Shown here piece by piece: positions 38,213-47,291 of a stretch of DNA of 64,000 nucleotides. The stretch comes from Pseudomonadota bacterium (GTDB lineage Bacteria > Pseudomonadota > Alphaproteobacteria > Rickettsiales > UBA1997), in contig JAGWWH010000005.1 in the NCBI GenBank assembly GCA_018970485.1, forward strand, positions 1,403 through 65,402. Direction: 5' to 3'. Below the pieces are notes generated by a model. It had not been told where the DNA came from and made no database searches. It was given only the letters and a program-made list of their open reading frames with translations. The first letter of the stretch is position 1; each line of letters begins with the position of its first letter. Position numbers and translations under genes: made by a program.

Positions 38213-39219
38213 TCAGAATTTTTTTTCAACAAAGCGGCATTCATTCTGTGCCACTGTTTGATCGGCATCGAAGGAATTCCCGCGACGATTTGTTTCGCTG
38301 GAACATCACGCATCACACCAGTCATCCCAGCGATTCTCGCGCCGTCGTTAATCACGATGTGACCAGAAATATTCGAACCGCCGCCAATCTGCACAAAATT
38401 TCCAATACGCGTTGAGCCCGCGATTGCAGAGCATCCAGCGATTACTGTGCCCTTGCCGATTACTACGTTGTGACCGATTTGCACGAGGTTGTCGATCTTA
38501 GTTCCATCGCCAATCACCGTATTTTCAATCGCGCCGCGATCTACGCAGGCATTGGCTCCAATCTCAACTGAGTCGCCAATTTCAACGATTCCTAGCTGAA
38601 TAATTTTGTGATTAATTCCGGCGTCGTGAGCAAAGCCAAAACCATCTTGGCCGATTTGCGCACCGTTAAAAATTGTCGAATTTTTGCCAATAATCGCGAA
38701 GGAAATTGTCGCGTTGGAATTGATCGCGGAATTGTCGCCGATCAGACATCCGTCCATAACTGACGCGCCTGCACCGATGAAACAATTTTTTCCGATCTCA
38801 ACATTTTTTCCGATGTAAGCGTTAGGAGCGACAACGGTTCCTTCGCCGATTTTTGCGCTTGGATGAATTAATTTTCCGGCGAGAAATTCTGGTTTTGTTG
38901 GCGCGTAAAAAGCCTCAGAAATTTTAGCGTAAGCGAAGTAAGGATTTCTGTGAATCAACGTCACCATACCTTGTGGCGCCTTGCTTAGTTGCTTCTCGTC
39001 AAGAAGACAAAATCCAGCTTTTGAGCTTAAAAATTTTTCCAAATATTGGCCGGAATTTAAGAAAGAAATTTGCGACGCATCCGCTTTTTCTAGAGTTGCA
39101 ACATCGTGGATTTTTTGATTGAGATCAACATCACCAACTACTGTCGCGCCAGTAATTTCAAGGGCTTGCGCGAGGGTTAGGAAATCAAATTTTTTGGTGA
39201 AGAAACGTGAACGAGACAT
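38209..39219 (-). CDS. lpxD: UDP-3-O-acylglucosamine N-acyltransferase
   Basis: LpxD N-terminal domain followed by extensive hexapeptide (LbH) repeats; 336 aa. Confidence 0.9.
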   Translation of the reverse strand: MSRSRFFTKKFDFLTLAQALEITGATVVGDVDLNQKIHDVATLEKADASQISFLNSGQYLEKFLSSKAGFCLLDEKQLSKAPQGMVTLIHRNPYFAYAKISEAFYAPTKPEFLAGKLIHPSAKIGEGTVVAPNAYIGKNVEIGKNCFIGAGASVMDGCLIGDNSAINSNATISFAIIGKNSTIFNGAQIGQDGFGFAHDAGINHKIIQLGIVEIGDSVEIGANACVDRGAIENTVIGDGTKIDNLVQIGHNVVIGKGTVIAGCSAIAGSTRIGNFVQIGGGSNISGHIVINDGARIAGMTGVMRDVPAKQIVAGIPSMPIKQWHRMNAALLKKNSD

Positions 39220-39238
39220 GTTTTTGTTTTGTTATTTT

Positions 39239-39264
39239 GTCATCCCCACGAAGGCGGGGATGAC
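39239..39264. repeat. Solo arm of the family-A palindromic element
   Basis: gtcatccccacgaaggcggggatgac is a 9-bp perfect stem. Confidence 0.6.
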
Positions 39265-39289
39265 GCAGGAAGATCAAAGTAAGTTAAAA

Positions 39290-40291
39290 TTATTCCTGCT
39301 TCTCGCGTTTATCGTGAATAGCGCGGAAATAAATTTCTGAAATGTAGCGCTGGCCTTTATTACCGCGCTTTAGCTGCACAACGATATCGACAACGTTTTT
39401 GATGTAAGAAATAATTTCGTTTGGAGCCATGCCAAGACCCGCTTGCATCACCATCATCTTTAACTGCTCAATCGCCATTTTTGGAGTGTCGGCGTGAAGA
39501 GTTGAGATTGATCCCGGATGACCGGTATTGATTGCGCGCAAAAAACTAAATGCTTCGGAACCGCGCAACTCGCCGACGATAATTCGCTCTGGACGCAGAC
39601 GTAGACAGGCTTCGATTAAATCTTGGGTATTAACTTTTGCTCGACCCTGTGCGCCTTTTGAAGCAAGCAAGTGTACGCGATTTGGATGAAAAGAGAGATC
39701 AACTTCTCGAGCGTCTTCAACCGTTATCAGGCGCTCCCTTTTTGGAATGCAGCGAATTATTGAGTTGGTGAAAGTGGTTTTACCGGTCGAAGTACCGCCG
39801 GAAATAATAATGTTTTTTTTGTAAATAACCGCACGTGAAACGAAATCTTTGATGCGGCCCAACTCCAATAACTTGGCCAAGATCAAATCATTTTTATCTT
39901 CAACTTCGTTGATCGAGGCGTTGTCAAACATGCCCATTTTATCGTAATCATCTAAAGTCCATTTTAGGCTCGACGGCTTACGAATCGACATCACTACGCA
40001 GCCTTGTTCACAAGCTGGCGGAAAGACAATTTGAATACGGTAACCATTGGGGAGAGTGGCGGAAAGTAGAGGTTCTTCTTCGCTTAATCTTTGTTCGGTT
40101 GATTGCGCGATTAAGCGACCCATCGATTTCAAATGCTCCATATCGAAGCTCGGCAAATCTTCGCGCGTCATTTCTCCTTTCGATTCGATCCAAACCTCAA
40201 AAGGACGATTGATCGAAACTTCATTCACACCCTCGCGATCTAGGATCTGCTTGATCGGAAGCATGTAGGATTCTAGGGCGGCGATGCTCAT
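39290..40291 (-). CDS. virB11: VirB11-family type IV secretion ATPase
   Basis: 333 aa. Walker A GGTSTGKTT, RPERIIVGELRGSEAF, and the His box INTGHPGSISTLHA. Confidence 0.85.
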   Translation of the reverse strand: MSIAALESYMLPIKQILDREGVNEVSINRPFEVWIESKGEMTREDLPSFDMEHLKSMGRLIAQSTEQRLSEEEPLLSATLPNGYRIQIVFPPACEQGCVVMSIRKPSSLKWTLDDYDKMGMFDNASINEVEDKNDLILAKLLELGRIKDFVSRAVIYKKNIIISGGTSTGKTTFTNSIIRCIPKRERLITVEDAREVDLSFHPNRVHLLASKGAQGRAKVNTQDLIEACLRLRPERIIVGELRGSEAFSFLRAINTGHPGSISTLHADTPKMAIEQLKMMVMQAGLGMAPNEIISYIKNVVDIVVQLKRGNKGQRYISEIYFRAIHDKREKQE

Positions 40292-40324
40292 TTAGTTAAT
40301 ATTTATTGGTTCGGCTAACTAGCT

Positions 40325-41605
40325 CTAAAAAGAATACAAAGCTCCGGCTAAAAAAACGTAACCTCGATTGCCTTGTATGCCTTGATTTGCGGGGTCGAAG
40401 GAAAATTTTGTTAACTCTAAATAAGGCATCAAACTACGGGTTAATTTGTAATCAACACCGAAAGAAATCGCCGAATAATTATTTTTTTGAAAAGAAGTAT
40501 TAAGGCTGGTAATGCTGGTGGCGACTGGTCCGAAGCGATAGGCAATTCCGAGTGTACGATAATTTGTATTGTTGTTTTTTGCGTAAGCTCCTTCGACCGG
40601 CTGCAAAGATGAGCCCCACGATCCGTAAGATCCGCCAAGAGTAAAACCAAAATAACTCAAACTAGTGCCGAGATCGTAAGCGGATAAATCTGAGCGCTGC
40701 GAATTCTTGGACTTACCTTTTTCCGCAGTTGCTGAAACTTCTAAACCAAGATTGTCAAAATCTTCTGAATAATTCGCACCGAAGCTAAAAATATCTTTGA
40801 TCGAATTTGAATCGAGATCTTGGGCTATTTGCTTGGTAAAGCCAATATTAGAGCTACTTGGAGCATAGCTCAAACCAAGCTGAATTCCTGACATTCTTGG
40901 TGAGTAATAGCTAAGTTTTGTTGCATCCTCAACTCCATCAAAACTGTCATCTTTTAGCGCACGAAACTGACTACGGTTAAACCCAGAATATTTAGCAGAG
41001 TCAGCTTGATAAAAAGATTTAGCATAACCCCCGTGACCAATCGGTGACTGTGCCAGTAAAATAAAATGAGGCGCAGTGCCAGATCCGGCAAGCATCGGCA
41101 AATTTATCTGCTCGAGATATTTTCCATTAATTCCTCCCGCAGCACGTGCAAAGCGAGTTGGGCCAGACTTCATTTTCTGATTAACCGCTTGATTATTTCC
41201 CAAATCAAACTTTCCGAAATCACCTTCTACGAAAGTAAAAATCTGATCGAGATTAGGATTTTCGTTGCGACCGTCTGAGTTAAAGTTGAATTCAGTTTTA
41301 GCTGTAGCGCCATATTTTGAGCCGTTTTCTAGCTTCTCGGTAGCGCTAAGAAAGATCTGCGAATCATTACCGATAGATTGTGTGTTATTTAGGCGGTTTT
41401 TGGTGATTCCATCCGGCAAAGTTTTTTGTTCAAGTGCGGAATTTTGTTTTCGAAAAGCGGTGGAAAAATTGATAAAACCTTTGGCTGATAAAACTTCGGA
41501 ATAAGCGACTTGCGGAGAGGTTAGAAAAATGAAGATTACAATCTTTCTAAATAGAGAGACTTGGTGCTTGGTGTTTAACGCCCCGCCGAATATGTTACGA
41601 AGCAT
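40325..41605 (-). CDS. Outer-membrane beta-barrel porin
   Basis: Signal peptide (..IFIFLTSPQVAYS), alternating beta-strand pattern, Gly/Ser/Asn/Tyr-rich composition, and C-terminal ...FLAGALYSF. The start is uncertain. Confidence 0.65.
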   Translation of the reverse strand: MLRNIFGGALNTKHQVSLFRKIVIFIFLTSPQVAYSEVLSAKGFINFSTAFRKQNSALEQKTLPDGITKNRLNNTQSIGNDSQIFLSATEKLENGSKYGATAKTEFNFNSDGRNENPNLDQIFTFVEGDFGKFDLGNNQAVNQKMKSGPTRFARAAGGINGKYLEQINLPMLAGSGTAPHFILLAQSPIGHGGYAKSFYQADSAKYSGFNRSQFRALKDDSFDGVEDATKLSYYSPRMSGIQLGLSYAPSSSNIGFTKQIAQDLDSNSIKDIFSFGANYSEDFDNLGLEVSATAEKGKSKNSQRSDLSAYDLGTSLSYFGFTLGGSYGSWGSSLQPVEGAYAKNNNTNYRTLGIAYRFGPVATSITSLNTSFQKNNYSAISFGVDYKLTRSLMPYLELTKFSFDPANQGIQGNRGYVFLAGALYSF

Positions 41606-41624
41606 TATAGTCACCAAGCACAAG
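41560..41624. repeat. Inverted heptamer-family repeat (cttggtgcttggtg ... caccaagcacaag) between rplY and the porin gene
   Basis: The arms are reverse complements apart from one mismatch. The motif is the same as in the sucB-downstream and recG-internal arrays. Confidence 0.5.
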
Positions 41625-41632
41625 GGGGAGGA

Positions 41633-42295
41633 TTATTTCTTGGCTTCAGGCTTTTTTGCTTCAGCTTTCTTTTCATCTACTTTTGCTGGAGCTGAACCAC
41701 TAGCTGGAGCTGCGTTAGGAGCTGCCTCTTCTTCAGATTTGCCGCGGCCAGTGATGCTAGCGATCAATGCATCGCTTTTTTTGAACAATTTAACTCCGGC
41801 CGGAAGATTGAGGTTGCTAGCTCTGATTTTGCTTCCGATGTGAAGGTTTCCGACATCAATTTCGATTGTTGCTGGAATTGACTTTTCGTTATCGCAGACA
41901 ACTTCAATTTTGCGCAAAATGATGTTGAGCATTCCGCCCTTTTTCAAACCAAGAGACTTGTCTTGATTGGTAAAAGAAAATTTTGGTTTAGCGCGAATGG
42001 CTTCAACATTGTCGCAACTTAAAAAATCAACGTGAACTGGTCGATCTGAAACTGGATCAAGTTCAATTTTATGTGCAATTACCTTGGTTTTTTTACCAGC
42101 TAGATCGAGTTCTATCAATGAAACTGTAAGGCTTCCTTTGAAATACTCAGCTTCGAACTCGCGGCTATTTAAGGTTAAATTAATATTTCCAGCCGAGTTG
42201 TAGATGACTGCCGGTATAAGACCTAAATTTCTGATTCTTCTAGATGCGGCAGTACCGAGTTGTTCTCTTTTTTCTGCTTTTAGTGTAATTGACAT
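41633..42295 (-). CDS. rplY: 50S ribosomal protein L25/general stress protein Ctc
   Basis: LGTAASRRIRNLGLIPAVIY.. L25 N-domain, Ctc C-domain, and an Ala/Lys-rich tail. Confidence 0.9.
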   Translation of the reverse strand: MSITLKAEKREQLGTAASRRIRNLGLIPAVIYNSAGNINLTLNSREFEAEYFKGSLTVSLIELDLAGKKTKVIAHKIELDPVSDRPVHVDFLSCDNVEAIRAKPKFSFTNQDKSLGLKKGGMLNIILRKIEVVCDNEKSIPATIEIDVGNLHIGSKIRASNLNLPAGVKLFKKSDALIASITGRGKSEEEAAPNAAPASGSAPAKVDEKKAEAKKPEAKK

Positions 42296-42396
42296 ATTTG
42301 ATTTCTGAAAGTTGGGAGGGCTTTTTTCTATCTTTGTAGCTTATTTTCCAAAGGGCGGCGCAAATTATTTATCGAACTAGAACAATCAAGCGGGAC

Positions 42397-42867
42397 TTAG
42401 TTTTTTCTTTCGAGTTCGCCTAAGGCGATCAGAACCTCTTCAACGTGTCCTTTAACGGAAACAGAACGCCAGATATTAGAAATTTTTCCTAATTTATTGA
42501 TCAAAAATGTGCTGCGATCGATACCGAGATATTTTTTCCCAAACATCGATTTTTCTCTCAAGACGTCATAAGCCTTGCAGGTTTCTCCTGATTCATCCGC
42601 GAGTAAATTGAAAGCCAAGTTATATTTCTCGACGAAACTGCAATGACTAGCAACTCCATCCTTTGAAACGCCAAGCACAAGGCAATTTAGTTTTTCGAAT
42701 TCAGAAATTTTTTTAGTAAAGTCTTGAGCCTCGATAGTACATCCCGGCGTGTCGTCTTTCGGATAAAAATAAAGAACGACGTTCTTTCCCTTAAGATCTG
42801 AAAGCTCAATTTTGGTGTCTTCGTCACTTCTAAGTGAAAATAGGGGCGCTAATTCTCCGACTTTCAT
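42397..42867 (-). CDS. bcp: Thioredoxin-dependent peroxiredoxin Bcp
   Basis: VVLYFYPKDDTPGCTIEA active site. Confidence 0.9.
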   Translation of the reverse strand: MKVGELAPLFSLRSDEDTKIELSDLKGKNVVLYFYPKDDTPGCTIEAQDFTKKISEFEKLNCLVLGVSKDGVASHCSFVEKYNLAFNLLADESGETCKAYDVLREKSMFGKKYLGIDRSTFLINKLGKISNIWRSVSVKGHVEEVLIALGELERKN

Positions 42868-42869
42868 AT

Positions 42870-43409
42870 TTAGTTTTTTGGTTTTGCTACCGCCACGTAG
42901 GCGATTACTTCGTTAAACTGCGATTGGCTACAAAGACCAAGCAAAACAACATCACGAGGCTTTATATTTTTCATGTTCCAGTGTGCGCGACTTCTAATTG
43001 AATCAATCATTTTGTCAGTTGTTCCTACAAGTTTTTTGATCTGAGAATTGGTGATCTCTGGATAATATTTAAGTAAGTAAAAAATGCCGTCTGGCTTGTC
43101 TTGACGACGCGCGATAGGCGTGTATTTGGATCGCTTCTCGTTAGTTTTTATTTGAGATGCGGCGCCTTGAATCAGTATCAAACTTGCATCTGGAGTTTTT
43201 TCACAACGAGCAATTTCTTCACGAGAAAGTTGGCCAGAAATAATTGGATTTTGTCCGATAATTCCTGAGGCAACATCTCCATCAGCAATACCCTGAACTT
43301 CTAACTCATGAAGCCCGCAAAAATTAGCGATTTGAGCAAATGTGAGCGCAGTATTTTCAACCAGCCAAACAGCGGTTGCTTTGCGCATAAGGGGGAGTTC
43401 TTGTGTCAT
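42870..43409 (-). CDS. DUF1013-family protein conserved in alphaproteobacteria (TrcR-like)
   Basis: LMRKATAVWLVENTALTFAQIANFCGLHELEVQGIADGDVA is the characteristic DUF1013 N-terminus. Confidence 0.7.
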   Translation of the reverse strand: MTQELPLMRKATAVWLVENTALTFAQIANFCGLHELEVQGIADGDVASGIIGQNPIISGQLSREEIARCEKTPDASLILIQGAASQIKTNEKRSKYTPIARRQDKPDGIFYLLKYYPEITNSQIKKLVGTTDKMIDSIRSRAHWNMKNIKPRDVVLLGLCSQSQFNEVIAYVAVAKPKN

Positions 43410-43472
43410 TTTTTGAGGAATTTTAAAGTCGTAAGAAAAAGCGAATTTAACTTACGGCAACTTAATAAAGCA

Positions 43473-44186
43473 ATGGATTGGACCTACAAAAATTTTGTAA
43501 TTCACGAATTTTTAGAACTGGAAAGCACAAACAAAACTGCGGTTGAATTGGCTAGTTTAGGAAAGATTTTTGATCGAGAATTAATCTTGGCAAAACAACA
43601 AAGTGCGGGTCGTGGTCGCCGAAACCGAGATTGGATTTCGCCCGCAGGAAATCTTTATTTTTCTTTAGTTTTGCGTCCAAAGATCGAGCTCGAAAAAATC
43701 CCTCAACTTTCTTTTGTCGCAATCGCGGCTTTGCGTCTCGCTGTAAAAAATTCGATGGTTAAGTGGCCAAACGATCTTTTGATCGAGGAAAAAAAAGTCG
43801 CCGGCCTTTTACTTGAAAGCAAAATCTCGGAAAAAAATTGTGAATTTGTTGTGATCGGAATTGGCATAAATCTTACTTCTCATCCATCCGAAACAATTTT
43901 TCCGGCCAGTAATTTGGAAAATTTTGGCATCAAAATTTCGCCGCCAGAAATGCTAAAAAAGTTTTTGGATGAGTTTGAAATTCTTTACCAAAATTGGCTT
44001 GATTTTGACTTTGCTGGAATACGGCAAATCTGGTTGCAGCGCGCTTATCGTCTTAATGAAAAAGTTAAGTTAAAGCTTGATGGGAAGGAGGTTGAAGGGG
44101 TTTTTTCCGGGATAGATGGAGAGGGAAATTTGCTGCTAAATCGCGAAGAAAAAATTCTGAAAATTTCCGTTGCGGATGTGAGTTAA
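43473..44186 (+). CDS. birA: Biotin--[acetyl-CoA-carboxylase] ligase (group I, no HTH)
   Basis: QSAGRGRRNRDWISPAGNLYFSL and KWPNDLL. The start is trimmed to MDWTYKNF because the track ORF's extension overlaps the DUF1013 gene. Confidence 0.85.
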   Translation: MDWTYKNFVIHEFLELESTNKTAVELASLGKIFDRELILAKQQSAGRGRRNRDWISPAGNLYFSLVLRPKIELEKIPQLSFVAIAALRLAVKNSMVKWPNDLLIEEKKVAGLLLESKISEKNCEFVVIGIGINLTSHPSETIFPASNLENFGIKISPPEMLKKFLDEFEILYQNWLDFDFAGIRQIWLQRAYRLNEKVKLKLDGKEVEGVFSGIDGEGNLLLNREEKILKISVADVS

Positions 44187-44194
44187 CATTTCCT

Positions 44195-44266
44195 GGATCC
44201 CCGCCTGCGCTGGGATGACAGCTTAAATATCTTACTTCTAAGGTCATCCCCGCGCAGGCGGGGATC
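44195..44266. repeat. Family-A double-hairpin palindromic element (intergenic)
   Basis: ggatccccgcctgcgctgggatgac - spacer - gtcatccccgcgcaggcggggatc. Confidence 0.75.
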
Positions 44267-44274
44267 GAGGAAAA

Positions 44275-46257
44275 CTAGCCACTAGCGATCATTTTTAGAC
44301 AATCATCGTAATCAAAAAGTCGCAGCAAATCTTGATAATCTTGGACTTGGCCTTGCAACATTATTTCAGCATTTTTGCGCGCACTCGCAAGCAAGTCGCA
44401 ATCCAAACCGAGATCAGCAATTCTGAAATCTGGAAAACCACTTTGCTTCGTACCAAGCAAATCACCGCTTCCGCGCATTTTTAAATCCTCTTCCGCCAAA
44501 AAAAATCCATCGTCTGATTGGCGCAAAGCCTCTAGACGTCTACGTCCGTTGGCACTAAGCTTTTCTCCGTAAAGCAAAATACAAAAAGATTTTTTATCAG
44601 ATCTGCCCACTCTTCCGCGCAATTGATGTAGTTGTGAGAGACCAAAATTTTCAGCATTTTCGATTAAAATTATTGTGGCATCTGGGACATCAATTCCAAC
44701 CTCAATCACCGTTGTTGAAACTAGAATTCGTAACGCTCCATGCGAGAAATTGACCATTACTTTTTCCTTTTCTTTTTCAGTCATTTTGCCGTGGAGCAAA
44801 CCAACTTCTTGGGCCGAAAAAATCTCCACCAATTCTGCAAATTTTTTCTTCACGCTAGTCAATTCCATCTCAAGATTTTCTTCGATTGCTGGACAAATCC
44901 AAAAAATTTTCTCCCCTCGCAAAACGGCGCGTTTCATGGCTTCATGCACTTCATTAATTTTTTTTGCTGACATCACTAGCGTCTCGATTCTCTGACGATT
45001 TTTTGGTTTTTCGCCAAGAATTGAAATGTCCATGTCACCATAAAGAGCCATCATCAAGCTGCGCGGAATCGGCGTTGCGCTCATCAAAAGCAAATCAACA
45101 TTCTCGCCTTTTGCGACTAATTTTAAACGCTGCATCACCCCAAAACGATGCTGCTCATCAATCACCGCCAGACCAAGATTTTTAAATTTTATATCATCCT
45201 CCAAAGCCGCGTGAGTGCTGATTAAAACATCAATTTCTCCAGAGGCTAAATCGAACAAAATTTTCTCTTTTTGTTTTTTTGTTGTCGCTGAAGTCAGTAG
45301 CTCAATACGAATTGATAAGAAGCCACGAAAGTAGGCCAGATGCTGTTTGGCGAGGACGGTAGTTGGCGCGATTACACAAGTTTGTTTTTTTTGTGAAATG
45401 GCCGCAAGGCAGGCAGATATTGCTACTATCGTCTTTCCGCTGCCGACATCGCCTTGCAAAAGTCGCAGCATTTTTTTGGAAGAAAAAATTTCTGACTCGA
45501 TTTCTTGGATGGCTTTAAGCTGCGCTGCTGTTGGCTTGAATGGAAGTTTGGATAAAAATTTAGAACCGATTTCGTGCTTCGTGATTCGTGCTTCGTGCTT
45601 CGTATTTTTGTTATTATTTTTCGCGAGAAGGACTGCGATTTGCCAAGCGAGAAGCTCTTTGGAGGCAATGTAGCGGCGCGCTTTTTCGACATCGCCTGAT
45701 TTAAAATGATGCAGAATTTTTAGCGCTTCACCGAGTTCGTCGTCAGAAATTTTTGCGAGAATTTCGCCAATTTTTTTGCTAAGAAATTTTTGCGTAACTC
45801 CAGCAATCAGCGGATAAATTACGTTTAATCTCGGTAGTTTTTCGATCTCATTTGCCGGCAGAATTTCTTGCGGATGAGTGATTTTATTTTCTCCGGCTAA
45901 ACGCTGCAAATGCCCGAGAATAGCGATTTCAGAGCCAACTTTCATTTTAGAAATCTGGCTCGGAAAAATTTTGAAAAAAATGAGATTTAAGTAACCAGTA
46001 GGATTGTAGCAGACAACTTTGTGAGGCTGACGATTTGTCGCTGGTTTGATGTGACTTTCAACCTTCGCCTTAACAATAATCAGCTCATCATTTTCTACTT
46101 CAAAAAGACGCGGACAAAGCGAAATTTTTTCGACACGAGTTGGCTTGTGAAGTAGTAGCGCAAAAACTTTATTTCTTCCGATAAGTTTGATTAGAGTCTG
46201 CTCCAGCACCGCTCCCACACCACGCAACGAAGAAAGAGGGAGGAGTAAATCTTTCAT
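44275..46257 (-). CDS. recG: ATP-dependent DNA helicase RecG
   Basis: LPFKPTAAQ, GDVGSGKT, DEQHRFGV, and the RGRVGR motif; 660 aa. Contains a heptamer array in the linker before the helicase core. Confidence 0.9.
   Translation of the reverse strand: MKDLLLPLSSLRGVGAVLEQTLIKLIGRNKVFALLLHKPTRVEKISLCPRLFEVENDELIIVKAKVESHIKPATNRQPHKVVCYNPTGYLNLIFFKIFPSQISKMKVGSEIAILGHLQRLAGENKITHPQEILPANEIEKLPRLNVIYPLIAGVTQKFLSKKIGEILAKISDDELGEALKILHHFKSGDVEKARRYIASKELLAWQIAVLLAKNNNKNTKHEARITKHEIGSKFLSKLPFKPTAAQLKAIQEIESEIFSSKKMLRLLQGDVGSGKTIVAISACLAAISQKKQTCVIAPTTVLAKQHLAYFRGFLSIRIELLTSATTKKQKEKILFDLASGEIDVLISTHAALEDDIKFKNLGLAVIDEQHRFGVMQRLKLVAKGENVDLLLMSATPIPRSLMMALYGDMDISILGEKPKNRQRIETLVMSAKKINEVHEAMKRAVLRGEKIFWICPAIEENLEMELTSVKKKFAELVEIFSAQEVGLLHGKMTEKEKEKVMVNFSHGALRILVSTTVIEVGIDVPDATIILIENAENFGLSQLHQLRGRVGRSDKKSFCILLYGEKLSANGRRRLEALRQSDDGFFLAEEDLKMRGSGDLLGTKQSGFPDFRIADLGLDCDLLASARKNAEIMLQGQVQDYQDLLRLFDYDDCLKMIASG
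45571..45605. repeat. Five tandem heptamers (TTCGTGC/TTCGTGA/TTCGTAT) inside the recG coding sequence
   Basis: Direct reading: ttcgtgc ttcgtga ttcgtgc ttcgtgc ttcgtat. Translated on the minus strand as NTKHEARITKHE. Confidence 0.8.
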
Positions 46258-46688
46258 TCTTCGCCGCGTTGTTTCCTACGATTTTCATCTCTTTTTTTGA
46301 TCGATTCGCGCTTGTCAAAAAGCTTCTTACCGCGACCAAGTCCGATCAAAACTTTCGCGACATTTCTTTGGTTAAAATAAATTTTTATCGGCAAGCAAGC
46401 GTAACCTTTTTCCTGCATTTTTCCGAGAATTTTATTGAGCTGTTTTTTGTGCAGAAGAAGTTTGCGCACCCTTTTTGGCGGATGATTGAAGCGGTTTGCC
46501 GACTTATATTCGCTGATGTTGCAATTGATTAAAAACAGCTCACCCGCGGTTTCAATAACGTAACTTTCTGAGATACTCGCTTTACCTTCGCGCAGAGATT
46601 TAACCTCGCTTCCAAGCAGCATGACGCCAGCTTCGATCTCCTCTTCAATGGTGTAATTAAAATGTGCTTTGCGATTTAGGATTTGCAT
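46254..46688 (-). CDS. smpB: SsrA-binding protein
   Basis: NRKAHFNYTIEE..EAGVMLLGSEVKSLR is the canonical SmpB sequence. 4-nt overlap with recG. Confidence 0.9.
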   Translation of the reverse strand: MQILNRKAHFNYTIEEEIEAGVMLLGSEVKSLREGKASISESYVIETAGELFLINCNISEYKSANRFNHPPKRVRKLLLHKKQLNKILGKMQEKGYACLPIKIYFNQRNVAKVLIGLGRGKKLFDKRESIKKRDENRRKQRGEE

Positions 46689-46745
46689 GAAGACTAGTTT
46701 AGAGCCTGTGCCAAACTAGCAACCCCTCCCAAAATTTTTATTAAA

Positions 46746-47261
46746 ATGCAGATAAAAAAACATGTTCTCGCTGTTTTAGTTGAGAATGAATTTGGCGCCC
46801 TTGCGCGCATCGTCGAACTTTTTTCAGCACGCGGATACAACATCGAGACACTTACAGTGGCGCCGGTTTCGCGCGATAAAAAAATGTCTCGCATCACGAT
46901 TACAACCTTCGGAACAGACAAAACTATCGAGCTAATTTGCAAATTATTGAAGCGCATCGTGCCCGTACATCATGCTGCCGAGCTAAGCACGACAGAGGGT
47001 TACATCGAGCGTGAATTGGCTTTGGTACAAATTATTTCCGACGAAGAAACTCGTGAAAAAGCGATGAAGGCTTTGGAAAATTATCGCACCAATGTGGTTG
47101 ATATTGAAGGTGACTCACTGGTTTTTGAAGTGATCGGAAATTCACAAACAGTTGATGAGGTGCTTGTAAAAATGGAAAGCTACGGACTCGCAACAGTATC
47201 ACGAACCGGCATTGCTGCCGGCTTTAAAGGCAATAAACGTTTAGATAAAATTTCCGATTAG
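46746..47261 (+). CDS. ilvH: Acetolactate synthase small (regulatory) subunit
   Basis: HVLAVLVENEFGALARIVELFSARGYNIETLTV ACT domain plus an ALS_ss_C-like C-terminus. No large subunit is adjacent. Confidence 0.8.
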   Translation: MQIKKHVLAVLVENEFGALARIVELFSARGYNIETLTVAPVSRDKKMSRITITTFGTDKTIELICKLLKRIVPVHHAAELSTTEGYIERELALVQIISDEETREKAMKALENYRTNVVDIEGDSLVFEVIGNSQTVDEVLVKMESYGLATVSRTGIAAGFKGNKRLDKISD

Positions 47262-47291
47262 ATGAATTAGCCGAGATGGGTTAGCTAATCG

